NCBI GenBank assembly: GCA_025839675.1
Contig: CP104013.1
Span: forward strand, 3,240,001-3,272,000
Source of the DNA: Candidatus Lokiarchaeum ossiferum
GTDB taxonomy: Archaea; Asgardarchaeota; Lokiarchaeia; Sigyniarchaeales; Promethearchaeaceae
Direction: 5' to 3'
DNA length: 32,000 nt
This document shows positions 25,982 through 32,000 of the stretch, in pieces. The number at the start of each line of letters is the position of its first letter. The stretch's first letter is position 1. Position numbers and translations under genes: made by a program. The notes beneath the pieces are model-generated. The model ran no database searches. It was not told the DNA's origin and worked only from the letters and a program-made list of their open reading frames with translations.

Positions 25982-26650
25982 TTGGAAACATTCACCCCAA
26001 GTTGGGAAAATTATTACTATCGATTTTTCGATGGCTTAGGATATGATGTTGTTCATGTATATACAGGATATACTCGAAATCAGTTTTATAATGAACTTTA
26101 TCAATGGACACCTCTCATTCAATGGGATGATGAATTGTTTATTATGATCCAAGGGCACGGGCTTGTGATGGATGATGAAGAAGAGACACCTTTACCGTAT
26201 TTTACTCTCTATGATGGAGATACTTTATATAATGGAGATAATGGTGAAATTTCAGGACAAGACTTCATAAATCGATTGATGTTATTTAGTGCTTTGAGGA
26301 AATGTGTATTTTTTGATACTTGCTATGCTGGAAAAGTGTTAGAAAGTTTTAATTCCGAAATTACCAAAGTTTTTCAAACTACTGATGCTACTCATGCAGC
26401 TGTGATGACATGCACTTATTATGATGAAGCAATCGAAAATGCAAAATGGGAGAAAAGAAATACTCGGTTGGCAATTTTTTTTTTCCAAACTTTGAGTGCA
26501 ACAACTTTAAGTGAGGATGGAATCTTCAATTATTTTCAGTTAGAACTAGCTTTAGAATCGTTATTACCATGGAATGATTTTTGTTACCAAGGAGGCACAA
26601 TTCTGAATCCAGGTTGGAATTTTTTGACTAAATATGGAATGTTATCATAA
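25982..26650 (+). CDS. clan-CD cysteine-peptidase-like protein (caspase/legumain/clostripain fold candidate), TTG start, possibly N-terminally truncated
   Basis: A hydrophobic strand plus His-Gly (ELFIMIQGHG, H59) and a hydrophobic strand plus D-x-Cys (KCVFFDTCYAG, C114). The spacing is 55 aa, within the clan-CD range. There is no ATG, and the expected first beta-strand appears to be missing. Confidence 0.5.
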   Translation: METFTPSWENYYYRFFDGLGYDVVHVYTGYTRNQFYNELYQWTPLIQWDDELFIMIQGHGLVMDDEEETPLPYFTLYDGDTLYNGDNGEISGQDFINRLMLFSALRKCVFFDTCYAGKVLESFNSEITKVFQTTDATHAAVMTCTYYDEAIENAKWEKRNTRLAIFFFQTLSATTLSEDGIFNYFQLELALESLLPWNDFCYQGGTILNPGWNFLTKYGMLS

Positions 26651-26678
26651 TATTTGGGATATTAAACAATATTTCCCT

Positions 26679-27307
26679 CTATTTTTTTTTTTTAATAGCA
26701 TTTTTTAATTCCCCAAAGGAGGTTTCTTTTCGCTTGTTATCATACCAACGTAAACTCCCAGTAAATCTTGACCCATGGTACCAAGTATCTAATAACTTTT
26801 TTCCTCCCAGTAAGTGGTCCCATGATTTTAGTATTTTTAATTCTTTTACGGTTCTTTTAGCAATGCATGAGTTACAGAAATAGATAGGAAGCGAAAAATA
26901 AGGGGTGTTTTCCGATGTTTGTTCGTTTACCGTGATAAATGGGTCCATATCAGTATACCATCTATGGCAAAAGTAGCATAGATTTTTGGAAGGTTCCTCA
27001 TTTTTGACCATCAATACTAATAAGATGGGTTGACAATTGAATTTTTTGGAGAATTTAGGATGCTCAAATAGGCATGAACCTAAAAGATGTTGTTCATGAA
27101 ACACCCGTAGTGTTGTTCATCGAGAGCAAACTTCGCCGACGGGACCGAAAGGGTAAAAAGTTCCTGGAATGTGGATGGGAGGACATTCAATCCATGAAGA
27201 AAATCCACGGTGGTCGGATGGTGATCTAAGGATTCCAGCATGTGACAATTCTCGCTGTCCGTTAAATGTTCTGTGGGGCAGGAGCCACCGTGATCTACCT
27301 GTGGCAA
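26679..27307 (-). pseudogene. paralogue of the 29494..30222 N-terminal module joined to a different Cys-rich C-terminus; split into two track ORFs by a 1-nt difference in a G-run
   Basis: ENCHMLESLDHHPTTVDFLHGLNVLPSTFQELFTLSVPSAKFALDEQHYG has 38 of 56 identities to the full copy when the frame is corrected. The minus-strand GGG (plus 27104-27106) corresponds to GGGG in the full copy (30039-30042). Downstream: CYFC...(31)...CNSC. Confidence 0.5.
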
Positions 27308-27653
27308 GCCGATTTCTTCATGTAGTGGTATCCGACGATGCCGATCTTGATCGAAAGAAATCGTTTCCCTATCATCGCATCAAGAGTCCTTCTTCTCTTC
27401 AAGCGAGAAATACTATGAAAGCGGTTTCATTACCCCGATCGACCCTTATTGGTTTTTTTGAATCCGTCCACAATCGATCAATCAAACTTCCGTTTCCCTT
27501 ATCGGTAAGCTATCTTCCGTGATTGCAATAATGCCATCATGGGAGCAGTTTTTTTTATTTTATAATTCAATGTATTTTTTATACAGAAAATTCTGGTTAA
27601 TTGTATTTTTGATTCAGTTAATTTAAATATTTAGTGTATAATATAGTCATAAG

Positions 27654-27685
27654 AAAGGGGTTGAAGGGAATCTCCCCCTTTTTTT
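27654..27685 (+). terminator. stem-loop (AAAGGGG / CCCCTTT) followed by a T7 run
   Basis: A 7-bp stem at 27654-27660 pairs with 27675-27681. The loop is about 14 nt and T-run 27679-27685 partly overlaps the 3' arm. It lies 14 nt upstream of the ATG at 27699. Confidence 0.35.
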
Positions 27686-27698
27686 GAAGGTATACAAA

Positions 27699-28562
27699 AT
27701 GAACGAAAACCGATTGAAAACTAAAAATACAATAACGCCTTTGCTAGGCTTTGTATTTTTATTTCTCCTGCTTGCAGGACAATTTTCCGAAGGAAATGCC
27801 GCCTATCAACCTCCGGTGGAACCTCCTGAAGTAAATTTGAATGCGCCGTCTACCGTCATCGCGGGAACCTCCTTTACTGCCTCTATCTATATCCAAAATT
27901 ATCCCGGAAGCAGTTATGGGTATGTTCAATGTTATGAAAATGGTGTATGGCAAAATGTCAAACGAGTTACGATCTCCTCGTCCCATGTGAGTGTGAGTCT
28001 TCCGACGAGCCCATACTATGAAAGATCAGTTTTATATCGCGTAAGGTATCGGGCTCCTTCTCGTTGGATTTACAGTAATACGGATAGCGTCAAAATTAAT
28101 TTTGGTAGAACAATGTATCTTGAAGGACGAACTTGGGAAAAACAAATTCGTGATCAAAGCGGATTAAATGATTATTATGCGAGTGAATCCCATCACTACA
28201 CTTGGGCTGCAAATACCAATGAAATTTCGGTGAGTACTACTGGGATAAATTATAACAGGTTTATTGGAATGTCCACAACTTTTGTCGCTCAAAGCACGAG
28301 TATTCGAATTGACTTCGATTCCAAAGAATCGACGAACAAATATAGCGGAGTAGGCCAATATTCAATTATTTATGATCTCGATTGGGAAGTTGTTGGTTGG
28401 CTCTACTTTAGCGATTCCACTTCCTATACTCATCACACTCACTTGTTTACAGAATTAGATGTAGGACAATCCTACTACTATTTTCATGCAAGTCGCGATA
28501 ATTCCGTTTATCAAGGGTTCACAATTACTTCCAAGAATTTTGTGTTGGATTTAACCCCTTAA
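27699..28562 (+). CDS. secreted/anchored protein, tandem paralogue 1 (Ig-like CARDB-type N-domain plus beta-rich C-domain)
   Basis: Signal/anchor LLGFVFLFLLLAG, then AAYQPPVEPPEVNLNAPSTVIAGTSFTASIYIQNYPGSSYG. About 50% identical by eye to the next gene. GAAGG lies 8 nt upstream of the ATG. Confidence 0.8.
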   Translation: MNENRLKTKNTITPLLGFVFLFLLLAGQFSEGNAAYQPPVEPPEVNLNAPSTVIAGTSFTASIYIQNYPGSSYGYVQCYENGVWQNVKRVTISSSHVSVSLPTSPYYERSVLYRVRYRAPSRWIYSNTDSVKINFGRTMYLEGRTWEKQIRDQSGLNDYYASESHHYTWAANTNEISVSTTGINYNRFIGMSTTFVAQSTSIRIDFDSKESTNKYSGVGQYSIIYDLDWEVVGWLYFSDSTSYTHHTHLFTELDVGQSYYYFHASRDNSVYQGFTITSKNFVLDLTP

Positions 28563-28581
28563 ATAATTGGAGGAACAAACA

Positions 28582-29469
28582 ATGACAAAAACAAATTTAA
28601 GCAAATCAAAAACGATGATTCGTGTCCTAGGAACTTTAGTGGTGTTCATGACTCTATTTGGGGAAATGTCGGGGGTTTTAGCTGCCTACCAACCTCCCGA
28701 AGAACCTCCGGAAGTGAATTTTAATGCTGCATCCTCCGTCGAAGCGGGAAAGACTTTTTCCGCAACCGTAGCAATTCAGAATTATCCTGGAAGTAGTTAT
28801 GGAAATGTTCAACGATATGAGAGTGGGACCTGGCGAAATGTAAAAAGTGTGAGTTTTTCATCCTCCTACATGACTATCAGTGGAATCCCAAGTCATACTT
28901 TTCAAGGATCCGCTTCCTATCGATTAAAATATCGTCATAATGGACGATGGATTTATAGTAATTCTGACAGTGTGAATGCCTATTTCGGAAGAATTATGTA
29001 TGTGGATGGAATTGCTTGGACCAAAGAAGTACGGGATCTTTGGGGTTGTTTTGATTATTATGCGACTGATGCTTCCAAGGTAGATTGGACCGTGTCGGGG
29101 AATGAAATACGAGTCGAACAAGTCTCCTATTCTGGTAGAACTTTTGGAATGTCCACGAATTTTGTTGCCCAAAGTACAAGTGTCAAAATCAGCGTTGATG
29201 AGCGAAGTACCTGCTATCCAGGGTATGCATTGACCCCGGCGGTTCGTGTATATAAATCAAATTGGGGCTATCCCATCGTTAACAATGAACATCCTATTAT
29301 CGATAAAGAATATTTCACCCAGTCAAGTAATTACGTCTACTCAGAAAAAATCCTTTCAGGTTTAACAGTAGGTGAAACATACAATATCTATCTTTGTTAT
29401 CAAGATACTCATGGGTACGTGGATTTTACCATGTATTTCAAGAACATAGTGATTGACACTACGCCCTAA
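28582..29469 (+). CDS. secreted/anchored protein, tandem paralogue 2
   Basis: LGTLVVFMTLFG, then AAYQPPEEPPEVNFNAASSVEAGKTFSATVAIQNYPGSSYG. GGAGG lies 8 nt upstream of the ATG at 28582. Confidence 0.8.
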   Translation: MTKTNLSKSKTMIRVLGTLVVFMTLFGEMSGVLAAYQPPEEPPEVNFNAASSVEAGKTFSATVAIQNYPGSSYGNVQRYESGTWRNVKSVSFSSSYMTISGIPSHTFQGSASYRLKYRHNGRWIYSNSDSVNAYFGRIMYVDGIAWTKEVRDLWGCFDYYATDASKVDWTVSGNEIRVEQVSYSGRTFGMSTNFVAQSTSVKISVDERSTCYPGYALTPAVRVYKSNWGYPIVNNEHPIIDKEYFTQSSNYVYSEKILSGLTVGETYNIYLCYQDTHGYVDFTMYFKNIVIDTTP

Positions 29470-29493
29470 GAGAAATTCTTACTTTCCCTTTTT

Positions 29494-30222
29494 TTAATAA
29501 TTTTCGACCATGCGTTCCCACTTCGTTTTCCTAGGATATTTGGATTGTATTAGAGTCTTTTGGCGCGCTTTTCGTTTCCGACGTGCCTTTCCACTTTCAA
29601 AACGACCAAAATCTTCCACAAACACGGCGATGTCCGTTTCCTTTACCTGATAGGAAGGAGTTTTAAGCGAGGACGGAAGAGCCGATCGATCAAATTTCCG
29701 ATGATAGACCCGCCCCATCTCCTCTAAAATATTCGCTGAGAGAATGAAGGTCACACTCGGATTGGATGTAAACATCTGTCGAATCCGCTCCCGTTGTGAT
29801 CGCTGGTGATCACAAAAATGCAGCAGGATATTGGAATCGATCAAAACCATTGCATCCGCGGGTAAGTTGGCAATGTCTTCGGGCCAATAGGCTTCATAGT
29901 CCAAAAATTCCCGGAGGTTGATCAACAGATGATGATCCAAAGACGCCACCCCCCATTGGTTTTCGGCGGCCAGATAGGCCACGATCCAATCATCCACCCC
30001 AAAGGCCAAGGGACGATAAGGATGTTGTTCTTGAATAACCCCGTAATGTTGCTCATAGAGGGCTAACTTTGCGGCAGGCACCGAGAGCGTATAGAGGTCA
30101 GGAAGAATTCGTGGAGGTACATTTAAACCTCGGAGAAAATCTACAACCTTCGGATGATGGGGGAGAGGCTCCAACACATGACAATTTTCGAGACAGAAGG
30201 GAAACTCGGCAAAGGGGGGCAT
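29494..30222 (-). CDS. 242-aa protein: conserved N-terminal module plus PIN-like C-terminal domain; GC-rich
   Basis: AMVLIDSNILLHF is a PIN-type first acidic motif, ILEEMGR lies about 40 aa later, and the tail is basic. The N-terminal 60 aa recur at 27082-27253 and 24814-24912. Hand-counted lines give 47-62% G+C. Confidence 0.65.
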   Translation of the reverse strand: MPPFAEFPFCLENCHVLEPLPHHPKVVDFLRGLNVPPRILPDLYTLSVPAAKLALYEQHYGVIQEQHPYRPLAFGVDDWIVAYLAAENQWGVASLDHHLLINLREFLDYEAYWPEDIANLPADAMVLIDSNILLHFCDHQRSQRERIRQMFTSNPSVTFILSANILEEMGRVYHRKFDRSALPSSLKTPSYQVKETDIAVFVEDFGRFESGKARRKRKARQKTLIQSKYPRKTKWERMVENY

Positions 30223-30248
30223 GAATCATCTTTTGGTTTCTAAGAAAC

Positions 30249-30273
30249 TATAAAAAGATCACGATTGTGACAG
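30249..30273 (-). promoter_or_regulatory. conserved upstream element: TATA-like box plus TCACGATTGTGA palindrome (copy at the full-length gene)
   Basis: On the minus strand CTGTCACAATCGTGATCTTTTTATA ends 26 nt upstream of the ATG at 30222. It matches the copy at 24938-24962 at 24 of 25 positions. Confidence 0.45.
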
Positions 30274-30475
30274 AATTGAGATTTGCGAGTGGTTTTTATA
30301 GATCAAAAGCAGTAGTATGGATGTAACCATTTGAATACAAAAGGATGAAATGACAAAAGTGGCATTCAAACTTTAGTCCACATCTCTTTAAGACCTAAGG
30401 ATAATTTTCAGAAAATGTATTCGAAACTGGAAACATGAAATTACTAATAACGCAAAACCAAAAAGTGAAAAAAAT

Positions 30476-32000
30476 ATGAAACCAAAAAAATTAATCTTCA
30501 TCTTTTTTGTAGGAATCCTCATGGTCCCCATCTTCCCCCAAGCGCAACTTTCCTTCGCAAGTGCAACGGTGGGTCAAAGTAATGGAGTCTGGGAAATAAC
30601 CTATAATACTGATGATAGTGCAAATGTTGGTCCACTCTATGATGCCAACGGATATACTGCAATTTCCGAGTTAGATCCTGCAAGTTCAACCAATACATGG
30701 TACGATTATTCCCCATTAGAAGCAGGACATCAAGAATTAGACTTTGAATGCAATATCAAATTTGAAAATGGAGGTCGGAAACACATTTATCTGTATTTGG
30801 ATAACGATCCCTCCCAATATTTCCTACTGCAATATGAAAATGGGGATGTGTTTTCATACACTACAGATAATTGGGTAAAACAAAGCCAAAATATGGATTA
30901 TAGTTATAATACTTGGCTGTCGTTTCAGTTAGAACTGATTCAAACCAGCTCCACCACAAAATTATTAACCGTAACTTTAGGAACCGATTCTTTTTCGATC
31001 GAACTGGATAGTGACAGTACTGTTGACGCACTCAAAATGCGCACAATGACGGCCGGAAGTTCCGTCTTCTTTTCTGACGTCGAAGTGTCTTATTTGGAGG
31101 AATCCTGGCAAAGAATTTATCCTGCGGAAAGCTCTGCATCTGCAATACCCCTTAATGATGAAACGGACGATGGACAGCTGTATTCAGATATTTATGAATT
31201 GGAGATGGACGTGGGACTGAATACGTGGTATGAATATACCAAATCGGGAATTGAATACAATTTCTTGCATTTTGATTGCAATTTGAAATTTCTGGATGGA
31301 GGAGCTAGAAAATGGTATTTTTATTTTGATGATGGGGCTTATTTCATTATCAACTTCGAAAATCAATGGATCAGATCATATGTTTCGAATGCTGACGTGC
31401 CAAACTGGGTTTCTCAGAGGTCTTACGGCTATGGGGATTGGAATCATATCGAATTTGATATCGTTCAAAAGAATTCTGTAACGAAAGAATTAAAAATGAG
31501 CATAAATGGGCTCCCATTTACTTATCCTGTCCTTATGTCTAGTGGATTCAATGTGAAAATTGAATACTTAAGAGTGCGTCTTCAAACTAGCGGAAGTCTT
31601 TTGATTTCCGATATGGCAGTCGATAATGATCAGGATGGATTGGATGAGGTTGAGGAAGCTATGCTAGGGTCTGATCCTCTCCTTAAAGATACTGATGGCG
31701 ATTTTGCTTATGATGGGGAAGAAGCCTCTATCTATGGAACGGATCCAACGGTTCCCGATGAGGCAAATGGTTTTACACTGATCTATCCAGAAGGTGGTCC
31801 AGGCAGAGTTGATATTTCCACAGATTCATCTACCGGTTCAAAGATATATCAGCTAAATTCGGAAGGTTCATCTAATACTTGGTTTCAACATCGATTGAAT
31901 GGCCTAAGAGCTCAATCTGTCGGATTTCATTGTAAAATAAAAGTGCATGATTCTCAAGAAAAATACTTGTACTTCTATTTTGACGATGGTGATTATTTCA
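30476..32000 (+). CDS. large secreted surface protein with repeated jelly-roll/LamG-like domains and thrombospondin-type-3-like acidic linker (5' part; runs off the window)
   Basis: Hand translation from the ATG at 30476 has no stop to base 32000 (508 codons). Signal peptide LIFIFFVGILMVPIFPQAQ. Three copies of NTW(Y/F)...F.C(N/K)(I/L)K...Y(L/F)Y(L/F)D(N/D). Linker DNDQDGLDEVEE...DTDGDFAYDGEE. It is absent from the supplied ORF track. Confidence 0.8.
   Translation, partial: MKPKKLIFIFFVGILMVPIFPQAQLSFASATVGQSNGVWEITYNTDDSANVGPLYDANGYTAISELDPASSTNTWYDYSPLEAGHQELDFECNIKFENGGRKHIYLYLDNDPSQYFLLQYENGDVFSYTTDNWVKQSQNMDYSYNTWLSFQLELIQTSSTTKLLTVTLGTDSFSIELDSDSTVDALKMRTMTAGSSVFFSDVEVSYLEESWQRIYPAESSASAIPLNDETDDGQLYSDIYELEMDVGLNTWYEYTKSGIEYNFLHFDCNLKFLDGGARKWYFYFDDGAYFIINFENQWIRSYVSNADVPNWVSQRSYGYGDWNHIEFDIVQKNSVTKELKMSINGLPFTYPVLMSSGFNVKIEYLRVRLQTSGSLLISDMAVDNDQDGLDEVEEAMLGSDPLLKDTDGDFAYDGEEASIYGTDPTVPDEANGFTLIYPEGGPGRVDISTDSSTGSKIYQLNSEGSSNTWFQHRLNGLRAQSVGFHCKIKVHDSQEKYLYFYFDDGDYF

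Noticed and set aside
27169-27522. 117-aa plus-strand ORF
   Set aside because: Its 5' part is antisense to the conserved N-terminal module. The remainder crosses GC-richer DNA where long chance ORFs are expected. No motif and no plausible ribosome-binding context.
30519-30716. 65-aa minus-strand ORF (also 31184..31366 minus and 31296..31481 plus)
   Set aside because: All lie inside the long open frame of the 30476 surface-protein gene, in other frames or on the other strand.
1-32000. CRISPR array or other regularly spaced repeat cluster
   Set aside because: None found. The only exact repeats seen are the dispersed 39-bp pair, the 22-bp duplication and the 25-bp upstream element. None has repeat-spacer periodicity.

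Overview
AT-rich prokaryotic window, about one third G+C from hand counts of a few lines. The gene content looks archaeal: a short aCPSF2-type beta-CASP RNase, an MTAP with a C-terminal CxC tail, a membrane-anchored ABC binding protein, and a TATA-like box about 26-34 nt upstream of at least one start codon. The lineage call is inference only. There are three zones. (i) 1-13.1 kb holds conserved housekeeping and transport genes: Nudix CoA pyrophosphatase, beta-CASP RNase, MTAP, APRT, a 2TM/zinc-ribbon membrane protein, beta-carbonic anhydrase, and an ABC importer cluster (binding protein, fused double permease, two different ATPases, DUF47/PhoU-like protein). (ii) 13.3-17.35 kb holds an overlapping two-gene minus-strand cassette: a 280-aa protein with an E...D...ExK nuclease-type motif, followed by a 1071-aa DEAH superfamily-2 helicase. 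It is best read as a Hachiman-like defence pair. (iii) 17.35-32 kb is a variable region of lineage-specific ORFs, paralogue pairs, gene fragments and repeats. It contains perfect 39-bp direct repeats 4,500 bp apart that coincide with broken ORFs. It also contains a promoter-plus-5'-coding module present three times with different downstream sequences, and a GC-rich block with a PIN-like gene and tandem secreted paralogues. Further items are a clan-CD protease-like ORF and a large repeat-containing surface protein that the ORF track omits because it runs off the window. No rRNA, tRNA or CRISPR array was seen. Several apparent frameshifts sit at homopolymer runs, so sequencing error cannot be separated from real decay. 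All family calls come from motif recognition by eye; no searches or computations beyond hand counting were possible.
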